64,000 nucleotides of DNA from a candidate division FCPU426 bacterium (GCA_963738405.1 CAVTWJ010000023.1:320001-384000); one strand, 5' to 3'. Shown: positions 51,554 through 62,345, numbered from the stretch's first letter. Notes: generated by a model not told the origin, from the sequence alone. Translations and numbers: made by a program.

Positions 51554-52584
51554 AACTGCCCCCCTATAGCGTGGTGATCGCGGTAGACCGCACAGATAAA
51601 GAACTTCCGGTGTTGAAGGGCCTCAAGTCCCTGCCCAAGGCCGAACAGCCCAAGGAAATTTTCGCGAGCGTTGGCAAAAACCCCTCCCTTCAGCGCAACC
51701 TGGGGGTAGGCCAATGCCGCACCCCTTTCGTATACTTTTTAGATGACGACAGCGTGGTGGCCCCCGGCACCCCCACCCACCTTCTTTCGCATTTTGAGGA
51801 CCCTCGTACCGCAGTCGTTGGCGGGCCCAACCTGGTTCCTGCCGAGGCCTCTTCCTTTGAGCGCACGGTCAACTCAGTTCTCGCTTCCTGGATGGGCAGT
51901 TTTAAGGTACGGTTCCGCTATGCCGCCATAGGGTCTGTGAAAGAAGCTACCGAAAGCGACTTGATCCTCTGCAACATGATGGTTCGGCGCGGAATATTTA
52001 TGGAACAAAAGGGCTTTCGCACCGACCTTTACCCCAACGAAGAAAATGAATTCTTAAACCGGCTCATGCACCACTCCAGCCGTTTGGTTTACGACCCCCG
52101 TGGCGCGGTGTACCGTTCCCGCCGTAAGAGCTTGAATGCCTACTGCTTCCAGGCCTTTCGCTATGGCCGGGGAAGAGCGAGGCAGATTAAGGTTTATCCT
52201 TGTCTTTCGGATTTGATCCACCTGGCTCCCCTATTTTTCGTGTTCTACGTTTTTACCCTGCCCTTCCCTTTTCTTTCCCAAACCGAAAACTTGCCCTTAG
52301 TCTCATGGCTTAATCCTTGGTTTTGGTGGTCGCCCTTTTTGCTATTCGCTGCCCTTTCATTAGGCACAGGTATATCCGCCGCTTCCTGGCACCGAAGGGT
52401 TTTGGACGCTATCAAGGTTCCTATCCTCATCTTTTTAAGGCACTTCTTTTACGGATGGGGCCTGATAGCGGGGTTTCTAACTTCTTCGCCTAAACCTACG
52501 CAAGATGTGGCCCTTTTCCAGGTTCGGCGGGCCAAGGATTCTTATAAGATAGTCCCCGTTAAAAAGGCTTCCGCCAAGCGCTAA
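51550..52584 (+). CDS. GT2 glycosyltransferase with C-terminal TM helices
   Basis: QRNLG, FLDDD, VGGP, NEENE, RYGRGR. Confidence 0.85.
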   Translation: MKLPPYSVVIAVDRTDKELPVLKGLKSLPKAEQPKEIFASVGKNPSLQRNLGVGQCRTPFVYFLDDDSVVAPGTPTHLLSHFEDPRTAVVGGPNLVPAEASSFERTVNSVLASWMGSFKVRFRYAAIGSVKEATESDLILCNMMVRRGIFMEQKGFRTDLYPNEENEFLNRLMHHSSRLVYDPRGAVYRSRRKSLNAYCFQAFRYGRGRARQIKVYPCLSDLIHLAPLFFVFYVFTLPFPFLSQTENLPLVSWLNPWFWWSPFLLFAALSLGTGISAASWHRRVLDAIKVPILIFLRHFFYGWGLIAGFLTSSPKPTQDVALFQVRRAKDSYKIVPVKKASAKR

Positions 52585-52610
52585 GCACCCTTCTTTCCTT
52601 AAGGAACCCT

Positions 52611-54923
52611 ATGGAAGAACAAACTCGCCGAAAATCCTGGTCTTCGCCCCTGCTTTACGCTTTGGCGGGGTTGACCGCCTATTTCCATTGCCTGATCCTG
52701 AACCAGGCTTATTTCGCAAATGATCTTTTAAACCAATACAGTCATTTCCGGGCCGTTGTGCGGGACCAAATTTTTTCCGGCCACTTTCCCCTCTGGAACC
52801 CTTATTTTTACGGGGGCCAGCCCTTTTTCGCCGATCCCAACGTGATGATGTGCTACCCCCTGAATTACCTGACCCTGCTCTTTCCCATCCCCTATGGTCT
52901 GGGCGTCTTTTACTTTCTCCATTTCTTTCTCGCCGCCTGTGGGATGCACTTTTGGCTGAAGGGCCTGAGGCTGTCCGAAAACGCCTGTCGCCTAGGTGCG
53001 TTGCTTTTCTCCCTTTCAGGTTTCTTTTGGTGGGAATTGATCCATCCCCCCATCCTGGCGGCCTTCGCTTGGCTTCCCTGGTGGTTGGGTGCTTTGGAGA
53101 GGCTGAGCCATGACTGGGCCCCCAAGAAGGCCTTCGGAGCCGGGCTGGCCTTCGCCATGATTTTCGTGAGCGGCAACTTCCAAATGACCAGCTATTTCCT
53201 TTACTTAGGATTGGCTTATTTTCTGCTTCGTCTCTTTTTCCCAGCCGATCGGGAGTCCGTTGCCGGGAACTCTTCAGGGTTCCAATCTATTCCATGGAAA
53301 AAAGTACCCTTGGTCCTTCTGTTCGGAATATGGGGAGGGTTGATCCTCTTGACCCACATGATTCCCGCCTATGAATTTTCAAAATACACCAACCGCGAAA
53401 GCGCCAACCAGACCTACGACAGCTTCAACGCCCAATTTTCGATGAAACCCGAAACCTCCTATACCCTGCTCTTTCCCGGCCTGGGTTTGAAACAGGGCCA
53501 AACCCCTGAGCAGGCCATTCAATATTTCGACCCCACCAATATTGATAACGACTATTACGGCATGTTTGGCTACCTGGGCATCTGGGCGCCCTTTTTGATC
53601 TTTATGGCCTTCCGCCGGAAGGATAAAAAATTTCTTTTAGGGGTACTGGGGCTGGCGGTTCTTTGCCTGATGGCAGCCTGGGGAAAAAACTTTTTCCTGC
53701 ACCGGCTTCTTTGCAACCTCTTACCCGGCATCAACTTAAGCCGGGCTCCCTTCCGGGCGATCGGCGGGACGGTGGCCTGTTTCGCGGCCCTTTCGGCCTT
53801 CGGATTCCAGGCGCTTGAAAAAGCTTTAAACGCTGGTGAAAAGATTCAAACCCAGCTCACGGCGGGACTCGCAGGAGCGGGACTTTTATTTTTGGTGGGA
53901 TGCCTGAACCCCTCCTTCGATTGGCGGGAACTGTTGGCTTTGGGCCTCGGTGCCCTGGGGCTTTTTCTTTGGGGCATGACGGCCGCCTGGAAAAAACTGG
54001 GCCGGTGGTTTTTTGTAACGGCTTTGATTTTGCCCCTTTACCTTTCAGGCTGGGGCGATTTTGCCTGGGGCCCAGCTTCCAACTACGACCTGACAGCCAA
54101 CTTCCCCGCCTTTACCGACCTTGAGGTTAATCAGACGAAAGGGCGCTATTTCTTCGACGGTCAGAGCCTTCCCTACCCGGTGCGTGTGGGTTCTCAAACC
54201 TACCGGTGGATCTTTCCCCAGGACGCGCCGATGGAATTGGGCATTCGGGACAGCGGGGGCTATAACCCCATTTACCTCCTGGAGCCCTACGCCCTGCGCT
54301 CCCTTCCTTTGCCCCTCTATCTCAACCTGATGGCGGTGAATGGCTTATTGCTGGGCAAGGACGCCGGGGAGATGAAGGGTTTCAACCGGCAGATGCTGGG
54401 CAATGTGCTTTATTACGGCTCGGAGAAGCCTCCCGCTTACCTGACCGCCGTGACCCGCTTCCAAAGCGCCCTGGACCCCAAGGCGAACCTGGATTTGATG
54501 AAAGACCCCTCTTTCGACCCATCCCAAACCGTAGTGCTTTCCTCCGACTTGCCGGAGGCGGTGAAGAGCCAGCTTTCGGGAAAACCCTCTACCTTGAAAT
54601 ATGACTGGGCCAAGGACGAAATGAACTCCCAGGCGTTTCATGTGACGCTGGACCAGAACAGCCTAGTGACCTTTTCAGAAGTACTGTTCTCCGGCTGGAA
54701 AGCCTGGGTGGACGGCAGCCCGGTTGAGATTTACAAAGGCAACCACGCCTTTCGGACTCTTTTTATCCCCGCAGGAAACCATTCGGTCGAATTTCGCTAT
54801 GAACCCTCCTGGGCCCAGCCCCTGCTAGGGTTGGCCATCGCTTGGTATCTTTCGCTGGTGATCTACGCTGGCTGGCTATGGTTGAGGAGGAAAAGCCCTT
54901 CCGCCTCCTCCCACCCCGCTTGA
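52611..54923 (+). CDS. YfhO-like GT-C membrane protein
   Basis: PLWNPYFYGGQPF, RAPFR, GYNP, GWKAWVDG...GNHSVEFRY. Confidence 0.85.
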   Translation: MEEQTRRKSWSSPLLYALAGLTAYFHCLILNQAYFANDLLNQYSHFRAVVRDQIFSGHFPLWNPYFYGGQPFFADPNVMMCYPLNYLTLLFPIPYGLGVFYFLHFFLAACGMHFWLKGLRLSENACRLGALLFSLSGFFWWELIHPPILAAFAWLPWWLGALERLSHDWAPKKAFGAGLAFAMIFVSGNFQMTSYFLYLGLAYFLLRLFFPADRESVAGNSSGFQSIPWKKVPLVLLFGIWGGLILLTHMIPAYEFSKYTNRESANQTYDSFNAQFSMKPETSYTLLFPGLGLKQGQTPEQAIQYFDPTNIDNDYYGMFGYLGIWAPFLIFMAFRRKDKKFLLGVLGLAVLCLMAAWGKNFFLHRLLCNLLPGINLSRAPFRAIGGTVACFAALSAFGFQALEKALNAGEKIQTQLTAGLAGAGLLFLVGCLNPSFDWRELLALGLGALGLFLWGMTAAWKKLGRWFFVTALILPLYLSGWGDFAWGPASNYDLTANFPAFTDLEVNQTKGRYFFDGQSLPYPVRVGSQTYRWIFPQDAPMELGIRDSGGYNPIYLLEPYALRSLPLPLYLNLMAVNGLLLGKDAGEMKGFNRQMLGNVLYYGSEKPPAYLTAVTRFQSALDPKANLDLMKDPSFDPSQTVVLSSDLPEAVKSQLSGKPSTLKYDWAKDEMNSQAFHVTLDQNSLVTFSEVLFSGWKAWVDGSPVEIYKGNHAFRTLFIPAGNHSVEFRYEPSWAQPLLGLAIAWYLSLVIYAGWLWLRRKSPSASSHPA

Positions 54924-54933
54924 AAGACCGAAC

Positions 54934-57177
54934 CTGAAAAGGGTCAGCCAAACCCCGGATTTCCTGCCCTGGGTCTATGGAGTCCTGGCCCTGGCCGCCT
55001 TTTCCCGCTGCCTTTTCCTGGGCCAGGCCTATTTTGATAACGACCTCTTGGCCCAATTCGGCCCCTGGCGGGCCTTTTTAAGGGACCAGCTCCTCCAGGG
55101 CCACTTTCCCCTCTGGAACCCCTATCTCTTAGGGGGCTGCCCCTTCCTCGCCGACCTGCAAAACATGGTTTTTTACCCACTTAATTGGCTCACCATTCCC
55201 TTTTCGGTTCCCACGGGATTAAGTCTCTTTTTCTGCCTGCATTTATTTTTGGCGTTGCTCGGCATGGACCTTTTATTGAAAAGTTTCGGCCTGGATTCCC
55301 AATCCCGCCTGGCGGGAGCGTTGGTTTACAGCTTCTCGAATTTTTTCTGGCTGGAAATCATCCACCCCCCCGTGCTGGCGGCATTTACGCTATTGCCCTG
55401 GTTGTTCGGGTGCCTTCGGCACTGGGCCGAAACCCTCTCCGTGAAATGGGGATTCTTGAGCGGGTTTTGTTTCGCGCTTCTTTTTTTATGCGGAAGCATT
55501 CAAATGTCGATCGGCGCTTTTTACGGGGGATTGATATTCTTCGGCTATGAGCTTTGGGTAAGGCAAAAAAATGAAAAGCCCCTTTCACTGGCGCCTCTTC
55601 TTTTCCCCTTCTTGGCGGCGGTTTGGGGAGCCCTGCCCCTCTTCGCCCAGCTGATTCCTTCCCTAGAATTTTCCAAACTCACGGACCGGGGAGAGGGAAT
55701 ACCCTGGGCTCAATTGAAACATTCCCTTTCCCTTGACCCTTCGGTTTTATATCAATTGTTCCTTCCCCGCCTTCAACTGCCTGAACACACCACCCTGGGC
55801 GAGGCTGTTCAAATCAGGGATGGGGCTGAAAAATGGGCCACGAACTTCCAAGGCCTTTGGGCCTTTATGGGAATTTGGACGCCGCTTTTAGCCTTAGCCG
55901 CAGTGAAGAAAAAAACGCGTGAGCTTTCGGCTTTTTGGTTTTGGTTCGCCTTAGGGGGTTTGATTTTATCCCTGGGCCAATTCACGCCCCTCTATCACGC
56001 GTTGTTTTCCGCCCTGCCCGGTCTCTCCTTGATTCGGGTGGCCTACCGCTATGTTTTCCTGTGGGTGCTGGCCCTAGGAGTCTTGACCGCTTTCGGCTGG
56101 AAAGACATCTTTTCCGAAACGGAGGATCGGCTTGGGAAATATCTACCGTGGATTTATGGTTTGCTTTTATTTCTCGCCGCTTTTCTGCGTCCCGCTTTTA
56201 ATTGGCGGGAAATTCTGGCCTTGGGGTTTGGATTTTTAGCCTTGGCCTGGAAGGTTCGAAAACCCTCTGACCTCCAGGCAAAAAAATGGCTGGCGCTTTA
56301 TGCCCTCGGAATCCCGTTGTTCCTCAACGTTTGGGGCAACTTTGAGCCAGGGCCCTCATCGAATTTCGATTTCGAGAAAAATTCATCCACCTTGGTGGCC
56401 TGGGGCCGGTCCCTTTCCCCCGGCCGTGTCTTTTTCGACAATACCCGCATGTATTACCCCATCCAAGTGGGGGGAACAAAATACATCCTCAATTACCCGC
56501 AAAACGCCGCGGCGCCCTTAGGGATCAAGGATATCGGGGGCTATAACCCCCTGGTCTTACAGGCCAAAACAGACCTGGGCACCCTGCCTTTACCCCTTGT
56601 CACGAAACTTGGAGCGATCGCCGGGTTTGTCACCGGCTCGGATCAGGGAAAACATCCAGGGTTTGTGTTGAATAGGACACTTCCCTATTATTTTTATACC
56701 TCGACCCAGCCTCCCCATTTTGTGTTCGCTCCACGGCAAGTAGTTTCGGCGGCGGATTCCCAATCCTCCCTCGCCCTCCTTCGGCAGGAGGGGTTTGATC
56801 CCGACCAAACGGCCGTCCTTCTGACGGCCGACCCCGTCAACCTCAACTTGGGCGGAAAACCCCCAGCCCTGACCTATAAGGTACTGGCGGATGAACCCGA
56901 GGCCCAAGCCTTCGAGGTCACCTTGTCCCGATTCGGCCTGGTGGTTTTTTGCGAGACCCAGTACCCCGGCTGGAAAGCATGGGTGGACGGGAATCCGGCC
57001 TCGATTTTGACCGCCGACCATCTCCTCCGGGCGCTGGTTCTGAACTCCGGAACGCACCGGGTCGATTTCCGATTCGAGCCCTATTGGTGGCCGGGAATCG
57101 CTTGGGGACTGGCGGGCTGGGTTTTCCTTACCCTCCTGGGGGCTTTTCTGTTTCGGCCCATGCCTCGAAAGGTTTAA
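54934..57177 (+). CDS. YfhO-like GT-C membrane protein (paralog of the preceding gene)
   Basis: PLWNPYLLGG, GYNP, YPGWKAWVDG. Similarity to the paralog extends upstream of the track start 55048; start codon uncertain (CTG 54934). Confidence 0.8.
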   Translation: MKRVSQTPDFLPWVYGVLALAAFSRCLFLGQAYFDNDLLAQFGPWRAFLRDQLLQGHFPLWNPYLLGGCPFLADLQNMVFYPLNWLTIPFSVPTGLSLFFCLHLFLALLGMDLLLKSFGLDSQSRLAGALVYSFSNFFWLEIIHPPVLAAFTLLPWLFGCLRHWAETLSVKWGFLSGFCFALLFLCGSIQMSIGAFYGGLIFFGYELWVRQKNEKPLSLAPLLFPFLAAVWGALPLFAQLIPSLEFSKLTDRGEGIPWAQLKHSLSLDPSVLYQLFLPRLQLPEHTTLGEAVQIRDGAEKWATNFQGLWAFMGIWTPLLALAAVKKKTRELSAFWFWFALGGLILSLGQFTPLYHALFSALPGLSLIRVAYRYVFLWVLALGVLTAFGWKDIFSETEDRLGKYLPWIYGLLLFLAAFLRPAFNWREILALGFGFLALAWKVRKPSDLQAKKWLALYALGIPLFLNVWGNFEPGPSSNFDFEKNSSTLVAWGRSLSPGRVFFDNTRMYYPIQVGGTKYILNYPQNAAAPLGIKDIGGYNPLVLQAKTDLGTLPLPLVTKLGAIAGFVTGSDQGKHPGFVLNRTLPYYFYTSTQPPHFVFAPRQVVSAADSQSSLALLRQEGFDPDQTAVLLTADPVNLNLGGKPPALTYKVLADEPEAQAFEVTLSRFGLVVFCETQYPGWKAWVDGNPASILTADHLLRALVLNSGTHRVDFRFEPYWWPGIAWGLAGWVFLTLLGAFLFRPMPRKV

Positions 57178-57232
57178 CTCGTAGTTTTCTTTCATTACAA
57201 TGACTTTATTCCATCCACAGAGGAACCCATCC

Positions 57233-58105
57233 ATGCTCACTCAAAACCAATTTGTCCGTTCCCACGGCCTAGGCAACGACTACATCGTGATGGACCCGGC
57301 CAAGCTTTCCTTTAAGCTGACCCCCGAAAACATCATCCGCGTCTGCAACCGTAACACGGGCGTGGGCTCGGACGGCATCCTGGCCCTGGAACCATCCAGC
57401 AGTTCCCTTTTCAAACTAAGAATCTATAACCCAGACGGGAGTGAGGCCGAGAAGAGCGGCAACGGCTTGCGCATCTTCTGTAAATTTCTTTTCGAGCACG
57501 GCTATACCGAAAAAAGCCTTTTCCAGATCGAAACCGCTGGCGGGAAGGTTCAGGCCCAGCTTCACCTGGTGGTGGGCAAGGCCGTAGCGGTGACGGTTGA
57601 AATGGGCAAGGCCACTTTTGATTCGAAGGTTATTCCCGTGAAAGGTTTTGAGGGCGATGTGGTGGAAAAGCCATTACAGGTCGGGGGCCAGGAATTAAAG
57701 GTCACCTGCGTTTCGGTCGGCAACCCCCACTGCGTGGTCTTTTTTGACAAGCTGGAGGAAGCCGAAAAAGAAATTCACCGCCTCGGTACCCTTTTAGAAC
57801 ATCATCCGGCGTTCCCTAACCGAAGCAACGTGCAGTTTGTGAAGGTGGACAACGAAAAGGAAATCTCCATCCGCATCTGGGAAAGGGGCGCGGGCTATAC
57901 CCTGGCTTCCGGCTCCTCCTCCTGCGCGGCGGTTTCCGCCTGCGTCAAGACGGGCCGTACGGGCCGGGACCTGACGGTGCATATGCCCGGCGGGGACCTT
58001 TCGATCAAAGTAAGTGAACAATTTGATCTAACCATGCGGGGGCCTGTTGAGGAAATTTGTTATGGATTCATCAGCGGCGAATTACTCAAAAGCCTTGAAT
58101 CCTAA
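57233..58105 (+). CDS. dapF: Diaminopimelate epimerase family protein with both catalytic Cys replaced by Ser
   Basis: HGLGNDY, GVGSDG, NPDGSEAEKSGNG, VGNPH, WERGAGYTLASGSS. Confidence 0.82.
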   Translation: MLTQNQFVRSHGLGNDYIVMDPAKLSFKLTPENIIRVCNRNTGVGSDGILALEPSSSSLFKLRIYNPDGSEAEKSGNGLRIFCKFLFEHGYTEKSLFQIETAGGKVQAQLHLVVGKAVAVTVEMGKATFDSKVIPVKGFEGDVVEKPLQVGGQELKVTCVSVGNPHCVVFFDKLEEAEKEIHRLGTLLEHHPAFPNRSNVQFVKVDNEKEISIRIWERGAGYTLASGSSSCAAVSACVKTGRTGRDLTVHMPGGDLSIKVSEQFDLTMRGPVEEICYGFISGELLKSLES

Positions 58106-60494
58106 CCCCACGCCCCGTTCCCCCATCCCAAGCACCTTTTTAAAATCCGATGGTTATTCCCTGCTCATTTTGCTTTTTTCATTCTTTTTATTCTTCGGGA
58201 ATTGGTTCCTTCATCCATCGCAGGTTTTTCTTTCGCTCGATACGAACGACATTTACTACCCTTTTTATCACTGGGTCCACGAATGTTTTCAGGATGGGCG
58301 TCTCCCCCTCATTTCAGATTTTTCATATCACGGGGCTCCGATGCCCGCAGTCGTGATTGTGGGGTTCCTATCGCCCGTACTAGCCCTTTGCCAGGGTTTC
58401 AAAAACTACGATCTGACCTTCAACGTGATTTTCCTGGTTCCCTGGATGATCTTCCTGTTGGGGTCTTATGCCCTTGGACGAATCCTTCGGTTCTCGACCA
58501 CCGCTTCCCTTCTCCTGGCTTTTCTTTGGACTTATAACGGGCAACGAATGGCCCACCTGGACCATCTCAACATCACTTGGGCCTGCGCCTTTTTCCCGTG
58601 GGTGTTCGCCTTTTTGGCCCTGTTCCGGCAAAAAAAAGGCCGTGCCATCTGCCTCTGGACGGCGGGCTTGCTGTGGGGCCTGGGACTTTTATCGGGCCAC
58701 CCCCAAATTATTTTTGAGCAGGGCCTCTTTTTTGTTTTTTGGGCCCTGTGGGCCCCCGACCAAACCGAAGGCCGCCCCCGCTGGCTTGATGTAGTCCTCC
58801 TGACAGTTCTGGCCCTTTGGGTGGCAGCACCCTGGATTCTCAACAGCGCCGAATGCCTGGCGTTCGACGGGCTTCATTTTCAATGGAATGAGGTCAATCG
58901 TTTCTACCATTCATGGACCCCCTTGAATTTCATCACACTGGTCTTTCCCTGGTTTTTTGGAAAATATCAATTTGACCGGCAAGGCTTCGATTATTGGTGG
59001 CAATATCAATTTACAGAGATGCAGGTGGCTTTTTCCGTCGTCGGTCTTTTTTTCATTCTTCTTTTTTTCATGAAAAAAAACCCTTGGCGGAAATTTGTCG
59101 CCATTACGGCTATTTTCAGTGTGCTGCTTGCGATGGGGCGTTTCACGCCTTTTTATTCCATGATTCAGGCCTTGCCGGGCTTTTCGTGGTTCCGGGACCC
59201 GGCACGTTACTGGTTCCTGGCATCCTGGGCCCTAGGACTGGGAGCGGCTCAAGCCTGGGATCGTTGGTGGACCGATTTGTCCGACTTGGAATCGAGGGGT
59301 CGAAAACTCGCTGCCGGGATTGGGTTACTGGCCCTTGGATTTATCGGCTTCGGGTGGATGCTTCTGACCCAGGGTAGGGCCCTTCTCACGCTGGCCGGAT
59401 CCTGGATGATTCAGCGGTACCTTTTGGAAAGTTCCCCCCCGCATTCCCTTAGCGGCTACCTTGATCGGATTCCCGAAAAGCTCAATCATGTCGCGGCCAA
59501 CTTGAATCCCATCGAACCCCGGGTTTATCTCCCCCTACTATTTCTGGTGTTGTTGAATTGGGTGATTTGGAATCGCCGGGGTATTTCACCGGCATGGGGC
59601 CGTGGGATTTTGCTCGCGTTGGTGCTCCTGGATTTAGCAGTATTCCGCACACCTCTAGGACGGGTTTTTTACAACCCGGGGGACTTGCCCGCGCCACAAA
59701 TCCCCGCCGTTCAAAGCAGGTTGTTGTGTTTTCTATCCGGATCGGTTTCGCCCCTTCCCTATCAATATGCCCTTATGGCCTACGCGAACGTGAATTACCT
59801 GGAGCATATTCCCACTCTTCCGATGGAGGCGAACCCCCAGATGAACCGATATGCGGATACAGCTGAAAAATTGGGGTGGTTCTCCTGGGTTTATAAGGAT
59901 CGGGACCCCCGGGGGTTCACCCATCACGTGGGAATGATGCGCGCGTTTGGATTGGATTTGTTCGTTTCCGACCTGCCCATGACACTCCCCTCGGTATTTA
60001 AACCCGTTCAAACCCGTTTTCCCTACTCCTGGAAGCTAAGCCCGGTCCTTCCGAAGGCCAGCCTAGTTCAAACCTACCGGGTTGTCCCCTATCCCCAATG
60101 CCTGGACGTGATGGAATATCCCGGGTTTGATCCCCTGCACGAGGTAACTCTGGACGCTTTTCCCGGCTTTCAACTGGCCGACAAAAAATCAAACCTTTCA
60201 CCTCCCCAGATTCTCCATTGGGCCGAAACCCGCCTCTCGCTTTTCAACTCCTCGCCCGATTCCGCCCTCTTGGTGCTTCAAAAAACTTTTTTACCGGGCT
60301 GGAAAGCCTGGATCGACGGGAACCCGGTCCGACCCTTACGCTGTGACGCGGTGTTGACCGCCCTTTGGTTGCCTGCCGGACCCCATCATATTGAGCTTCA
60401 ATATGATCCAACGGGTCTCAAACTTGGTTTTTTCTTTTTTTTAGTCTTCATGGGGATATTTTCTTTTTTGGCGATTCGTTCCGTTCTTGCTTGA
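58095..60494 (+). CDS. YfhO-like GT-C membrane protein (third, more divergent)
   Basis: GHPQ, FRDPARY, LPGWKAWIDG...GPHHIELQY; start uncertain. Confidence 0.8.
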   Translation: MNPNPTPRSPIPSTFLKSDGYSLLILLFSFFLFFGNWFLHPSQVFLSLDTNDIYYPFYHWVHECFQDGRLPLISDFSYHGAPMPAVVIVGFLSPVLALCQGFKNYDLTFNVIFLVPWMIFLLGSYALGRILRFSTTASLLLAFLWTYNGQRMAHLDHLNITWACAFFPWVFAFLALFRQKKGRAICLWTAGLLWGLGLLSGHPQIIFEQGLFFVFWALWAPDQTEGRPRWLDVVLLTVLALWVAAPWILNSAECLAFDGLHFQWNEVNRFYHSWTPLNFITLVFPWFFGKYQFDRQGFDYWWQYQFTEMQVAFSVVGLFFILLFFMKKNPWRKFVAITAIFSVLLAMGRFTPFYSMIQALPGFSWFRDPARYWFLASWALGLGAAQAWDRWWTDLSDLESRGRKLAAGIGLLALGFIGFGWMLLTQGRALLTLAGSWMIQRYLLESSPPHSLSGYLDRIPEKLNHVAANLNPIEPRVYLPLLFLVLLNWVIWNRRGISPAWGRGILLALVLLDLAVFRTPLGRVFYNPGDLPAPQIPAVQSRLLCFLSGSVSPLPYQYALMAYANVNYLEHIPTLPMEANPQMNRYADTAEKLGWFSWVYKDRDPRGFTHHVGMMRAFGLDLFVSDLPMTLPSVFKPVQTRFPYSWKLSPVLPKASLVQTYRVVPYPQCLDVMEYPGFDPLHEVTLDAFPGFQLADKKSNLSPPQILHWAETRLSLFNSSPDSALLVLQKTFLPGWKAWIDGNPVRPLRCDAVLTALWLPAGPHHIELQYDPTGLKLGFFFFLVFMGIFSFLAIRSVLA

Positions 60495-60554
60495 GACGTT
60501 TTTTCCAAGGGCCTAAAATGCCTTTCCTCATCCCATATTCGAAGGGAGCATTCT

Positions 60555-62240
60555 GTGAAAAAGATCAGCCTCAAACACCGTTCCGGCATCATGACCGAGG
60601 GGGACAAAAGGGCGCCCAACCGCGCCATGCTGCGCGCCGTTGGCTTTAGCGACGCCGACTTCAAGAAACCCATTGTGGGCGTTTCCTCCTCCTGGAGCGA
60701 AGTGACCCCCTGCAATATCCATTTGAACGAATTGGCCGAAAGGGCCAAGCGGGGCGTGACCTCCGCAGGCGGAGTGGGCCAAATGTTCGGCACCATCACG
60801 GTGGCCGATGGCATCGCCATGGGACACGAGGGCATGAAATTTTCTCTCGTTTCCCGCGAAGTGATCGCCGATTCCATCGAGGTGGTGGCTTCCGCCGAGC
60901 GCATGGACGCTTTGGTCACTATCGGCGGATGCGACAAGAATATGCCGGGGTGCCTGATGGCCATTGGGCGCCTGAACATCCCCGCGGTTTTCGTGTACGG
61001 TGGAACCATTTTGCCTGGCCGTTGCGACGGCAAGGATATCGACATCGTCTCGGTATTTGAGGCGGTCGGCAAACATTCCACCGGCCAAATCAACCGGGCC
61101 AAACTGACTGAAATCGAAAAAAATGCCTGCCCGGGACCCGGCTCCTGCGGCGGCATGTACACCGCCAACACCATGGCCTCCGCCATTGAGGCCATGGGGA
61201 TGGCCTTGCCCCACGATTCCTGCCAGCCCGCAGTGGGCGAACCCAAGCGCTTGATTTGCGAAAGGGCCGGCCAAGCGGCCGTGGAGTTGCTGAAGCAGGG
61301 CATCCGCCCCAGCGACATCATGACAAAGAAGGCCTTTGAGAACGCAATCACGGTGGTCATGGCTCTTGGTGGATCCACCAACGCCGTGTTGCACCTGATC
61401 GCCATCGCCAAGAGTATTGGGGTGAAATTGACCATTGACGATTTCGGCCGCATCAGCGGCAAGGTTCCCCACCTGGCAGACCTGAAGCCCAGCGGAAAAT
61501 ACGTGGCGGCAGACCTGGACCGCATCGGCGGCATCCCGGCGGTCATGAAACTGCTGATGGAAGCCAAGATGCTACACGGCGACTGCCTGACGGTGACCGG
61601 AAAGACGGTGAAAGAAAACTTAAAGCTGGCCCAGCCCCTTTCCAAGAACCAGCCCATCATCCACAGCCTGAAGGAACCGCTTTATCCCACAGGCCCCATG
61701 GTGATTTTGCGGGGCAACCTGGCGCCCGAGGGCGGCGTGGCCAAGATATCCGGCCTTAAAGTCATCACCCACACAGGCCCGGCCAAGGTTTACGACGGTG
61801 AAGAAGCCGCCTTCGCGGCCATTGAGAAGCGCCAGATCAAGGCGGGGGATGTGGTGGTCATCCGCTACGAGGGCCCCAAAGGAGGTCCCGGTATGAGGGA
61901 AATGCTGGCTATTACCTCGGCCTTGGTGGGCCAGGGGTTGGGCGAAAAGGTGGGGCTAATTACCGACGGTCGGTTCTCCGGCGGCACCCATGGGTTGGTG
62001 GTGGGGCATATCGCCCCCGAAGCCCAGGTAGGCGGCCCCATCGGATTGATCAAAACAGGGGATAAAATCACCATTGACGCCGAGAAGAAAAAGCTGGAAC
62101 TGCATATCAGCGCGGCGGAAATGAAAAAGCGACGTAAAACCTGGAAACCCAAGGTGAATCCCTACCCCAAGGGAGTCTTGGCGAAGTACGCCTATTTAGT
62201 TTCTTCGGCGAGCCAGGGAGCGGTAACAGACGAATTTTAA
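60555..62240 (+). CDS. ilvD: Dihydroxy-acid dehydratase
   Basis: [46 protein letters not shown]. Confidence 0.97.
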   Translation: MKKISLKHRSGIMTEGDKRAPNRAMLRAVGFSDADFKKPIVGVSSSWSEVTPCNIHLNELAERAKRGVTSAGGVGQMFGTITVADGIAMGHEGMKFSLVSREVIADSIEVVASAERMDALVTIGGCDKNMPGCLMAIGRLNIPAVFVYGGTILPGRCDGKDIDIVSVFEAVGKHSTGQINRAKLTEIEKNACPGPGSCGGMYTANTMASAIEAMGMALPHDSCQPAVGEPKRLICERAGQAAVELLKQGIRPSDIMTKKAFENAITVVMALGGSTNAVLHLIAIAKSIGVKLTIDDFGRISGKVPHLADLKPSGKYVAADLDRIGGIPAVMKLLMEAKMLHGDCLTVTGKTVKENLKLAQPLSKNQPIIHSLKEPLYPTGPMVILRGNLAPEGGVAKISGLKVITHTGPAKVYDGEEAAFAAIEKRQIKAGDVVVIRYEGPKGGPGMREMLAITSALVGQGLGEKVGLITDGRFSGGTHGLVVGHIAPEAQVGGPIGLIKTGDKITIDAEKKKLELHISAAEMKKRRKTWKPKVNPYPKGVLAKYAYLVSSASQGAVTDEF

Positions 62241-62259
62241 AGGGTTAAAAAGTGCAAAT

Positions 62260-62297
62260 AAAAAGCCGCTTAAGGCAACCCTTAGGCGGCTTTTTTT
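62260..62297 (+). terminator. Rho-independent terminator of ilvD
   Basis: AAAAGCCGCTTAAGG-CAA-CCCTTAGGCGGCTTTTTTT. Confidence 0.8.
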
Positions 62298-62311
62298 ATT
62301 GGCTTTCGGGC

Positions 62312-62345
62312 AAAAAAAACGGGTGGACCCCGAAGGATCCACCCG
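62312..62345 (-). terminator. Rho-independent terminator of the convergent small gene
   Basis: A8 tract followed by CGGGTGGACC-CCGAA-GGATCCACCCG hairpin. Confidence 0.75.

Noticed and set aside
60398..61660. 420-aa minus-strand ORF, and similar long shadow ORFs (e.g. 41222-41941, 23940-24950, 37473-38285)
   Set aside because: They are antisense or alternate-frame shadows of well-supported genes in GC-rich DNA.
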